This document shows, piece after piece, positions 53,216 to 64,000 of a stretch of DNA of 64,000 nt. Origin of the DNA: Octopus vulgaris (taxonomy: Eukaryota); assembly GCA_951406725.2 (NCBI GenBank), contig OX597816.1:71548001-71612000 (forward strand), in the 5' to 3' direction. The translations under genes were made by a program, and so were the position numbers. The notes below the pieces were generated by a model. The model was given only the letters and a program-made list of their open reading frames with translations, ran no database searches and was not told the origin of the DNA. Numbering within the stretch: the stretch's first letter is position 1; every line of letters begins with the position of its first letter.

Positions 53216-53375
53216 GCACGCTGTGTGCTTAACTCAGGCACACTGCGTGCTTAACTCAGGCACACTGCGTGCTTAACTCAGGCACACTGCGTGCTTAACT
53301 CAGGCACACTGCATGCTTAACTCAGGCACACTGCATGCTTAACTCAGGCACACTGCATGCTTAACTCAGGCACAC
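53216..53375. repeat. 22-bp minisatellite (gcacactgcgtgcttaactcag) x~7
   Basis: Near-perfect units at the truncation point of a family A SINE (52925-53215, minus). Confidence 0.95.
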
Positions 53376-55512
53376 AACATGCTGTTAAACTCACAATTTT
53401 TTGATTGTGAAGAAGTTCTTATGAAATATTTTCAGTTCTACATTATTTCTGCCAATTTTGATTGAAGATTTCATTTTGAATAGAATGGTAAATTCTAAAT
53501 GCACTGAAAATTAATTTTTATTAATTATAAAAAATATTTGACAGAATAAGGATTCAGTCCCATTGTGCAGCACCTTGAGCAAGTGTCTTCTGCTATAGCC
53601 CAGGATGACCAAAGCCTTGTGAGTGGATTTGGTAGATGGAAACTGAAAGAAGCCCATTGCATGTGTATGTGTGTGTACTCTTGTCTTATCATCACATGAT
53701 GGTTGTAATTGAGTTAAGCAAAGGTATTTCATATAACATTGCTCCAGTGTACTCAGCTGAAACAGGGTATGAATTGGGTACTGGTGCAGTTGATACTCTC
53801 TCCCTCAGGCTGTAGTATCTTCAATATTCAATTGATTCAAGGGTGGAAGACCTGAGCATGTATCTATGTCAGCCCACAACTACAATGATACCTAAAACTA
53901 TTAGCATAACTATGAAACTTGCCACCAACTCTTACTCACTCGGGAGTCACAGTTATGCTAGTGAAGCACAGAAAAGCAGTGACCATGATTTCACCCTCCA
54001 CCCCACCCCACACTGCGCCGCCACCACCACCACCACCACCACCACACGCATTTTGTTTCTATCATCCTTTGAGAGGTTCTTAGCGAGGTGGAAGGAACAG
54101 AGGCACTTGTCTTCAAACTAGAAACCTGACCTGGGTGCTTGCAACAGTGAATTCTGCTAAAAGCATTGAGGATGTCAAGTGATGGTGTCAAAGGGTAAAC
54201 CTCCACCATCATCATCACCACCACCACACACACCTGCACACTCAGAATGTAAAGAGCTGGTACAAATACCAGTTTCAAATTTTGACACAAGGCCAGCAAT
54301 TTCAGGTGAGGGGTAAGTATATTACATTACCCCACTCCCCAGTGCTTAACCAGTTCTTATTTTATTGACCCTGAAAGGATAAGAGGCAAAGTCAACCTCA
54401 GTGAAATCGGAACTCAGAATGTAAAGACAGGTGAAATGCCACTAAGCAATTTGTCCAGCATGCTAAGGATTCTGCTAGCTTGCTGCCTTACCTGGAACAA
54501 ATATTACAAAGTCTCTCATCTAATGTCCCAATAATTCTGCTAATCTCCCACTCTGAAAAGGTACTTCATGTAATTGACCCCCAAAATGATGGAAAATAAA
54601 GTTTATCTTGGTATGATTTGAACTTAGTAGAAGTCATAATTATGATTGTGTACATTCTGTTACCCAGAGCATCTGGAAATTTGTGTTAATTTTGTTTTTC
54701 AACAGCTGATACAGGTTGTAATTACACTTTGGCACAGCTAATCTATTTTAACTAACTTTAAAAAAATCACTGTCATCTTATTTAGTACTGTTTTTGATTT
54801 GTTCTTTTCTAAGTTGGTTCATGAAGTTTACGAAAATCTTCTCATGAAAATCACAAGGTATTTCACATTTATTATAAAAAATATTGAATAAAAGTTCTAT
54901 ACAGTACTGGTTGGTAGAAAATATATATACATAGACCTTTTCTATTGGCATCAACAGCTAATGTAAAATTTTCTATGTACAACCCTAGATTAATCTCACT
55001 AAAATTTAATTTTATAAATGTGTGTGTACACACACACATACACATATATATGGTAATGGAAGAAAGGGAGAAAATTTGAATTTTTTTTTTCTCCCAGAAA
55101 CATGTCTGCTTTCAAGGTTATACTATTGCAAACAGATTAAAAAATAGAGAGTGCATATGTTATGTCTTTGAGGGTGATAAAGAAAATCAATGAGGGAGAA
55201 AAAGGCAGTGTGGGAGAATAAAGAAATGAAAAAAGGGAGAACATAAAACAAGGGTGAGATGTGGTGTGAGAGAAAAAAAAGACAAAACACTAAATTTATA
55301 TCAGAATTTAAATACCACACACACACACACAATCATGTAATCATCATTACTGTTATTTTATGTCCAGTTTTGTGGTGGTTTGCATTGGAGAGGGTTATTG
55401 CTGCTCTCTTAAAGAGATTATGAGAGCACATCTTACCATAAGTTTCAATGAGAAAAGGCTGAGCTTTTGAATTGTCTATCTTAGACAAGTATTTTTTTGT
55501 TTATTGTTTATT

Positions 55513-55638
55513 GTGAAGGCGCGTGGCTTAGTGGTTAGGACATTCGGCTCACAATTGTAAGGTCGTGAGTTCGATTCCCAGCAATGCGTTGTGTCCTTGA
55601 GCAAGACACTTTATTTCATGTTGCTCCAGTTCACTCAG
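55513..55638 (+). mobile_element. 3'-truncated SINE family D flanked by a ~118-bp direct duplication
   Basis: A box tggcttagtgg, B box gagttcgattcc; 55389-55507 is repeated at 55637-55754. Confidence 0.85.
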
Positions 55639-56302
55639 AGGGTTGTTGCTGCTCTCTTAAAGAGATTATGAGAGCACATCTTACCATAAGTTTCAATGAG
55701 AAAAGGCTGAACCCTTGAATTATCTATCTTAGACAAGTACTTTTTGTTTATTGTCTCTGATAGGATGTGAGATTTGAAAGAACACCAAGAGCTAAAATGA
55801 ATACTGCAAGACATTCTGCCTAACATTTGAACTTTTGTGTTCAATTCTTTGCTTTACACACACACACACACACATCTATGTGTGTGTAAATACACATATG
55901 CACACAGACACATGCATACACATATATCACATTTTTAACGAAAACTTTTCCATGCTTGCATGTGCCAGCCAGAGTCTGTTGAGGCAGACTTTCTACACCT
56001 GGATGCCTTTCCTGTCACCAACTCTCACCGGTTTCAAAACAAGGTAATATTTTCCCATGGCTAGACATGTGTCTCGCAGAATATCGAAAATGAATGACAC
56101 TGTTTGCGTCATTCATTACAACTGGCGTATTATTTCAAGACAAGGAAACGCGAACATACATATACGCTCACACGAATATGACAGGCTTCTTTCAATTTCT
56201 GTCTACCAAATTCACTCACAAGACTTTGGCCAATTCAGAGCTTTAGTAGAAGATAGTTGCTGAAGGTATCTAAGCAGTGGTGCCCTGGACATTTTATATA
56301 TA

Positions 56303-56785
56303 CAGTAATCACTCACCATGTCGAGGTTCACCTGTTGTGCCTTCCAATATGTCGTGGATTTTTCAGGCTAATATATGTAAATTTATATCATGGACTCCTT
56401 AGTATATTGCGGGTTTCTGCAGGTGATGGTATTTATATATTTTTAGATTTTAATTATTTCTGTGGTAAAATAAGCATTTTCATGCCTAAAAATTAATAAA
56501 TTATTAAATAGGACTGCACTGTATAACACATTAATTGAAATATATTAAAAGGAAATACGTAGAGTACCATACGTGAGTAAACAAAGAATCGCACATACTG
56601 TATGGAAAACGAAACTCAAGAGGCAAGTTTGCGGTATTGTTTTGCATTTATGATAAAATAAATATATACAAATCATAAAAATAATAAAATAAAATATACA
56701 GTTCAGTACTGTTTCTACTTTGCGGATTTTCACCTATTGCGGGGGTTTTTGGAATGTAACACCTGTGATAGTTGAGGGATTACTG
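56303..56785. mobile_element. Tigger/pogo-like MITE
   Basis: TA-cagtaatcactca ... tgagggattactg terminal inverted repeats; internal gcggatt motifs. Confidence 0.75.
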
Positions 56786-56872
56786 TGTATAAATAAATAT
56801 ATATATATACACATACGTACACATATGAAAATATATGGAGATGTAAAAATATCAATCATCTAAGACAAAGCA

Positions 56873-56996
56873 TTGTCCTCATCTCATTTGTTGTTAACAC
56901 ATTTTGCCTGATGTACTCTCCAGCCTTCATCAGGTGTCCTGGGGGAATTTCGAACCTGGGTTCTCATTCCTAAGGTATTTTTCCGATGTTGTTGTT

Positions 56997-57031
<35 letters not shown>

Positions 57032-57110
57032 TCAGGTTACTGCCTGGAATCGAACTTGGAATCTTGGGGTTAGTAGCCTGCGCACTTAACCACTATACCA
57101 TATTCAGTGA

Positions 57111-57175
<65 letters not shown>

Positions 57176-57338
57176 TGGGAAAAATACCTTAGGAATGAGA
57201 ACCCAGGTTCAAAATTCCCCCAAAACACCTGATGTAGGCTGGAGAGTACATCAGCCAAAATGCTGTGTTAACAACAAACAAGATGAGGATAAATATCTGT
57301 CAAATGTAACTGATGTAAATAATTCATCTCTCAAATAT
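56873..57338. mobile_element. Inverted pair of tRNA-head / (AAT)n / hammerhead element (second locus, full tRNA head)
   Basis: Minus copy with A box tggtatagtgg (57100-57090) and B box gttcgattcc (57055-57046); 5'-truncated plus copy from ~57105; both hammerheads mutated. Confidence 0.85.
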
Positions 57339-57357
57339 AGAACTGTATCATCTAAAA

Positions 57358-57795
57358 CAGAGGTTCTCAACTTGAGTGGTACCAGCCCCAAAGGGGTGTT
57401 GGGCATGTCAAAGAGGGAATTAGGCTTTAGTGGGCAGTGAGGTAACATAATTACCACACTAAATTTTACACAAATAGTAGTGATTATATTATACATGTTA
57501 AAACTAGTAAAGATTATTAAAATAAAATGAGATCACATCAAGCGCAGGGAAGTCATTAACCTGCAATGTATAAAGTAAATTTTACAACATTCGACTGTAT
57601 CAATTTTTTTATCATTTCACTGTTAAAAGTTTATACAATCCACTTTTAGAGTAAAATTTATAAATTGTCATCTGAGTTAAGTTAGTTTAGCCATGATACC
57701 TCACTTGCCATTTGGATGGGTGCAAGGCATAACAAATACTTAAAAGGAAGGCAGTGGGTGCAACAGAAAAAAAAAAAACTGGCTAAGAACCACTG
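57358..57795. mobile_element. hAT-like MITE
   Basis: cagaggttctcaac ... gctaagaaccactg termini; 8-bp TSD not recognisable. Confidence 0.55.
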
Positions 57796-57898
57796 GTTCA
57801 AGGTTAATATGACTTGTGTCATATAAGCATTCAATGAAGATATGAAATGCAAAATTTCAAGAGAGGACAGCTTGTAATTCAGAAAGAAAATGTTAAAT

Positions 57899-58131
57899 AA
57901 GGCGGTGAGCTGGCAGAAACATTAGCACGCCGGACGAAGCGCTTAGCGGTATTTCATCTACCGTTACATTCTGAGTTCAAATTCCGCCGAGGTCGACTTT
58001 GCCTTTCATCCTTTCGGGATCGATAAATTAAGTACCAGTTACGCACTGTGGTTGATGTAATCGACTTAAACCATTTGTCTGTCCTTGTTTGTCCCTTCTA
58101 TGTTTAGCCCCTTGTGGGCAATAAATAAATA
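57899..58131 (+). mobile_element. SINE family B with TSD aagaaaatgttaaataa
   Basis: Full copy with flanking duplication. Confidence 0.9.
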
Positions 58132-59027
58132 AGAAAATGTTAAATAAGTACAATTATATGCTTATATCGGTAAAAGTTTTATGTACAAAGGAAGCACTTA
58201 TAAACACACACACACACGATGGACTCTCCAGTCGAAGACAATGTATGAACGTTCAGCCTCCTGCCGAATGACCTGCACAAATGATTTGTTTATAGTGATC
58301 AAATGTATGTGATGTGACATTAGCTCACACTCTCCTTCAAATCGATGTTGTGAGAACAGGCGCATGGAGTGTATCATGCATCAAGTGTCAAAGTGATCGG
58401 GGGGGGGGGCAACATGAAATGAAGTGTTTTTGCTCAAGAACACATTGCACTACCAGGGCTAGGAAGTGAAAACATGATCTCGCAATCATAAGTGCAACAT
58501 CCTAACCACAAAGCCATACACACACACACACATTGCAAGGTTCACTGACAACAAGTGGACCTGTCCAGTTGCTGCCGAGAGGTATCCAAGAGATTGGAAG
58601 AGGTCACTTGAAAGGCCTCAACGATGAGGATGGGGGTGATTTGGTCAAGCATTTTGGGTCAAGATGGAAAAAAAATGATGCAGTCAAGACAGAATTGGAA
58701 GCACATTGTGACCAGTGGTGTGTAACAGCATCTGCAAGCTTACTGTGATGTGAGAGACATACACACACATATATATATATATACATACATGTATATATAT
58801 ATCACACATATGTGTACATGTATATACACATACACACATGTATACCTATATACACACACGTGTACATACATATAAATGTACACACATATGTATCCAGATA
58901 TACAAATGTACACACATATGCATACATATATACAAATATACACGTGTATATATATATTTACAAATATACACGTGTATATGTATATACAAATATATGCACA
59001 CCCATATATATACGAATATACACACAC

Positions 59028-59076
<49 letters not shown>

Positions 59077-59262
59077 AATATACACACATGTCTACACATG
59101 TTTGTATATCTTCTTTTATGGTTGAGGCATCCGACTGCAGCCATATAGTTCTGGGTTCAGTCCCACTGTGTGGCACCTTGGGCAAGTACCTTCTACTATA
59201 GCCTCAGGAAGACCCAAGCCTTGTTAGGGGATCTGATAGACGAAAACCAAAAGATATTCCGA

Positions 59263-59308
<46 letters not shown>

Positions 59309-59799
59309 ACCACCGCTTGACAACCGGTGTTGGTGCGTTTACGTTTCTAGCGGTTCGGCAAAGAGATCAATAAGAATAGAAAGTGCTGGTATCGAGTCAT
59401 TCGACTAAAAAAAGAAAACATTCTTCACGGCATTGCCCCAGCACGACCACAGTCTGATGAATGAACAAGTAAAAGATATATAAATATCTCTCCAGGACTA
59501 CCCTAGGGGAGAAAAAAGTGTAGGTGGGGTAGGCTATATTCTTTAGTGAGATAGGAAGGGAAAGCCAGCCTTTGCGGCAGAAATAGAGAAGTGTGTGTGT
59601 GTGTGTGAAGTGGGGGAGAATAAAAAATGAAGACCTAGAACATGAGAAGAACGGCGGGCAAATCTAATAAGTGTTATATCGAGAAGTTGGGAACCAGACA
59701 GATAGAACAGCAAAGTATGACTGACTATAAAGAGAAAAAAATACATAAAATAAAAACAAAGTGTTTTAACAGTGAACTGGGGAATTTCTACTCCCACGG

Positions 59800-59920
59800 A
59801 ATACTTCTCGTCCATTCTAGCCTCCCTCTACTTTTGTCTTGTACAAGATTTTTCGTGAACGAAGACTGCACGTTTCCGCCCTCCCCCGCACTTCAACATA
59901 GCGGGTAAAACCCCTAATGT
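59800..59920. promoter_or_regulatory. Candidate core promoter region
   Basis: Unique CpG-containing segment with GC-box-like ccgccctccccc and YY1-like caacatagcgg, just right of the CpG depletion boundary. Confidence 0.3.
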
Positions 59921-60089
59921 TTTTTTTTTTGGGGGGGGGGGGTTCTCTGTTTGTTTTCTAGACTGAAATTGGTTTTGCTGTTATTTTTAAATGAGAGATA
60001 AGATAAAGTTTTCAACATTCATGCCTTTCTAAAATTACCTTAATTGGGTGAGTTTTTATTTGGAGATTAATAATAAGAATCGTTTTTTT

Positions 60090-62545
60090 TTTTTTTACTA
60101 TAGGCACAAGGCCTGAAGTTTGGGGTGAGGGAAGATTATTGAGGACATCGGCCAGAGTACTTGACCGGTACTTTATTTCATCGATCCCAAAAGGATGAAA
60201 GACAAAATCGATCTCAGCAGAATTTCAGCTGAGAACGTAATGAGCTGGAAGAAATAAGCTCTATGTCCGACACGCTAACGATTCTGCCAGCTCGCCGCCT
60301 TTTTGAGATTAATAATAACGATTTCTGATTTAGGTACAACGCCAGCAATTTGAGGGAAGGGTGTTAGTCGATATTATCGACTCGAGTTGTTGACTAGTAC
60401 TTTATTTTATCGACCCAGAAAGGATGAAAGGCAAAATTGACCTCAGCGTCATTTGAACTCAGAACGTAAAGAGCTGTGACTAAATACTGTTAGTCATTTT
60501 TATCCGACGCTTTAACCATTTCTGCTAATCTATAAAAACTTCAACATCTCTCTCGGGGATTCTAAATCAGTAAACTGTCAAGCTAGCGAACCAACGAAAT
60601 GAACTTCTACATCCTAGCTCGACCTGTGAGAAATATTAGTCTTATCTTCTTACGGCACCCTACCGTTTTTTTTTTCTTTCTTCATTTTAATTGAAATAAC
60701 ACACTAAATATGTAGACAGATACACAATATTTGAACACAGACAGACAGACAAACACACGATATGGTCACGCTCTGAATTCCTTTGATCGTAGGGCAAGCT
60801 TGAATAATACTGTGTTTTGTTTGTTTTGGGGAAATAATAAATGGCCTTTCGAAGTAAAATAAGGGAGCCAACATGATTACTATCAAAAATCGAAACTCTG
60901 TTTGCAAACAGGACCTGCGAATACTTTACAGTCTCGCAACTAGAGCGTAACTCCTCGCCCTCATATAAATAATACTTAATGGTTTCTGACTCGCAATTAA
61001 GACAGTCGAAGACGAAACGATGCCGAGAAGTGCATCGATCATCAGTATATTATTCTGATGTTTACTTTATCGACTTCAGTGGGATGAAAGGCAAAGCAGA
61101 AACCCGTAGGATTAGAACACGAATCAGTGAGATATCGAACAAGATATAGTAAAATTTTATCACTAAACGTTCGAGCCATCAACCACCTCCTTACAGTATT
61201 AATAGTTTCTGTCTTCTCCTTCGAGCCTAGTCAGTTAAATTACTCTCTTAATGGTATAAATATTATCAGCTCTAGAGGGAAGTTGTGTTGATGAAAGGCA
61301 AAGTTGATCCCAATGGAATTTGTAATTCCTTTTAACAAGGCATTCAGTGAAGGAAAAAGAGCAGGGTTTAGTTGTTTCGTTATATACTTCATGCATCCTA
61401 CCAATACGATCGAAGAGAGAGCCTACATATGTACTGGGTTGTCAAAATAACAGCAACATTTCCTTGAATCATATCCTAAGAGTAAAAACACATAAACATT
61501 GGACAATGATGTCCTAGATATAGAAAAATACTGGAATGGTCACGAATGAAACGCCTTTCATTCTAGGTTTACTCAATCACAGCTGACGACCCAGGGCTAA
61601 ATAACATTTGTTTTATCACCCCTCCCTGCACGGTGTGAAAAAATTATCGCCTTGATCTGTATACAGGAGACTAAATAAAATACGTTTTAACCACGATAAT
61701 AAACAACAATGGTTCCAAATGTTGGTATAGGGCCAGTAGTATTTGAGGTGGGAGGGGAGTGGAAGTCAATTACATCGACAACCACCCCCCCTATAGGATC
61801 TGACTGGTACTTAATTTATCGACTCCGAAAGGATGAAAGGGGCAAAGTCGACCTCGGCGGAATTTGAGCCCAGAACGTAAAGACGGTCGAAATGCCGCAA
61901 AGCATTTTGTCCCGCGCTTTAATAGTTCTGCCAGTTCGCCGCCTTACGATAATTTTTTTTTTTTTTTTTTTTTTTACACGTGTACAAGGTCAGAAATTTT
62001 GTGCTGAAGAACTGTCGATTGTATTTACTGTAATTCTTGAACGCCCCCACCTTTTTTTTAATCATCCAGAGACGAATCAAATGCAAAGTTGACTTCGATG
62101 GGATTTGAGCTCGGAACGTAAAGCGCTGGAACAAATAATACTGCAGAAGTATTTTGTCCGACGTTCCACCGACTATAGCAATCCATAATTGTTCGCCTTA
62201 GTACAGGAGCACACATTTTGTGGAAGGAATAGTTTTCTATTTTGTCAACTTTGGAAGACCGAAAAAGAAAAGGAAAAAAAAAAAGTCGACCACGACAGGA
62301 TTTGAACTCGGAACGTAACAGAGGTGTCATTATGATTTGTTTTATAATTTTCGCACAAGCCCAGTAATTTTGATAGGAGGGGGTGGTAGAAGTCGATTAC
62401 ATCGACCTCGGTACTTGACAAGTACTTAGTCTATTGACCTCGAAAGTACAAATGATAAAGTTAACCTCAGCGGGAATAGGACTCGGGAACATAATAATGA
62501 TTTGGAAAAAATACCGCAAAGCTTTCCTTCCGATGCTCTACTATT
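60090..62545 (-). mobile_element. Cluster of old, CpG-retaining family B SINE copies
   Basis: Degenerate gatgaaaggcaaagt cores at ~60195, 60420, 61080, 61290, 61830, 62080, 62450. Confidence 0.75.
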
Positions 62546-62976
62546 TCTGCTTCTCAGAAGGATAGGGAGAAAGATTGATAGCTTCTTTCTGTTTTTATTC
62601 TTATTATTATTATTGTTAATTAAATTCAGATATGAAGCTATAAGTTTAACTGGCTAGCAGAGACTGAAACAGATGAGTGAATTAAAACAGTGTTATATCG
62701 AACATAACGAGACAGAAAAAAAAAAATGTTAGAAACTATTATTTGTGAGACAAATAGTTTAGTGAAATTTACGCTGGCAGGGAGAAGAATATAATCGGTA
62801 AAATTGTGGCATCTGTTTTGCCAAACTGGGATAAGGTAAAAGACAGAAGTTTATTTATCCCGGCAAAAATACACAAAATACTTTTCTTATTTTCATTTTC
62901 AGGAGAAATGCATAAATAAACAGTCGTTATATATACATATAGAGAAACTGCAGTCAATAGATATAAGGATATAAGG

Positions 62977-63024
<48 letters not shown>

Positions 63025-63025
63025 A

Positions 63026-63056
<31 letters not shown>

Positions 63057-64000
63057 TACATGCATGGCAGATGTTAAATATGGGTTAAATTCCGGTGAAA
63101 AAGAAAATAAAACAAAGATAAAAATCCCCGGAGTTTGTTCCATAGAAAGCTCCACTGCTTTCATTGGAATTGATCCAATTTCCTTTGTCTTTTATATGGA
63201 AGACGAAGGTTTGGTGAGACCATATTAGGTTATCAATAGGCTGTGCCAACAAGAAGGAATATTAAAAAGAAAAAAAGAATTGGGGATTGGGGCAATCCCT
63301 GCTGTCCCCCTCCTACAGAATTCCAAATGCAAACGGGATTTCTTCCATTCTATAGAAGAAGCGGGAGGCACACTAGAACCCGAAAACCAAGTTATATATA
63401 TATACACGCAAACAAAAATTAGCTGTATGTATTATTTTTTTTTTGTCGGAGAAATATAATTCCATAATTAACATGAAAAAAAGTGTCATTTATTGTGAAA
63501 ACAGGAAGAATTTGTCGTAATATAATTTTTAAAAAATCAAAGAAAAACTGATAAAAACTCACCCATTATTATATTAGATTTCTCGTGAAAACGTTTCTCA
63601 AGTAATAACAATAACAATAATGGTAAATATCCAAGAGGAATTATATACGTGTGTGTGTTTATATTAATATATATAATATGCAGATATATGTTAACGTAGA
63701 TATTATAAGGTGAAAAATATGAATGGCTATATATATATATGTATATGTATATATATTTATATAAGTATGTATATATGTGTTAAAAAATTGACAGCTATGT
63801 AGCTTCTGGAAATATCCACTTATAGAGACAAGATTTTGGGGAAAGATTCAAAGAACAGGTGTATAAATTGCGAAAGATTGTCAAAACAAGACTAGGTTTG
63901 AATTACTTGAAAGAGGCAGTGAGACAGGTAAAATGTATCCTGAGAGAAAAAGGAAACAATCTTTCGATATATATATATATGTATGTATAGATACAGAGGC

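Noticed and set aside
53216-53375. Possible CRISPR array (also 24250-24730 and 51565-51810)
   Set aside because: Contiguous tandem units without unique spacers.
59543-59815. 90-aa minus ORF (MDEKYSVG...) as first coding exon
   Set aside because: Low-complexity F/L/HT composition and no clear donor site or homology.

Overview
AT-rich, microsatellite-saturated animal DNA, not prokaryotic. The repeat families (tRNA-headed SINEs, RTE and CR1 LINEs, long TA/CA tracts) look like an Octopus/cephalopod genome; this is inferred from repeat content. Almost all ORF-track entries are microsatellite artefacts. The only long real coding sequence is a young, 5'-truncated RTE-clade LINE (40555-42738, minus) whose reverse transcriptase carries an inserted C4HC3 PHD finger. 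The window also holds many SINEs, LINE 3'-tail copies, Tc1/mariner relics, Tigger-, hAT- and piggyBac-like MITEs and a Helentron-type element. The most striking signal is a set of unrelated fold-back (inverted-repeat) elements carrying minimal type-I hammerhead ribozyme motifs of the Penelope-associated kind. They include a copy with the compensatory G3-C8 core swap (91-140) and a tRNA-headed SINE-like family with an intact hammerhead (48742-48787). CpG is depleted up to about 59.2 kb and abundant after it, suggesting a methylation boundary near a promoter. No host gene could be identified; three small plus-strand exon candidates are listed at low confidence. All coordinates were read by eye and may be off by a few bases.
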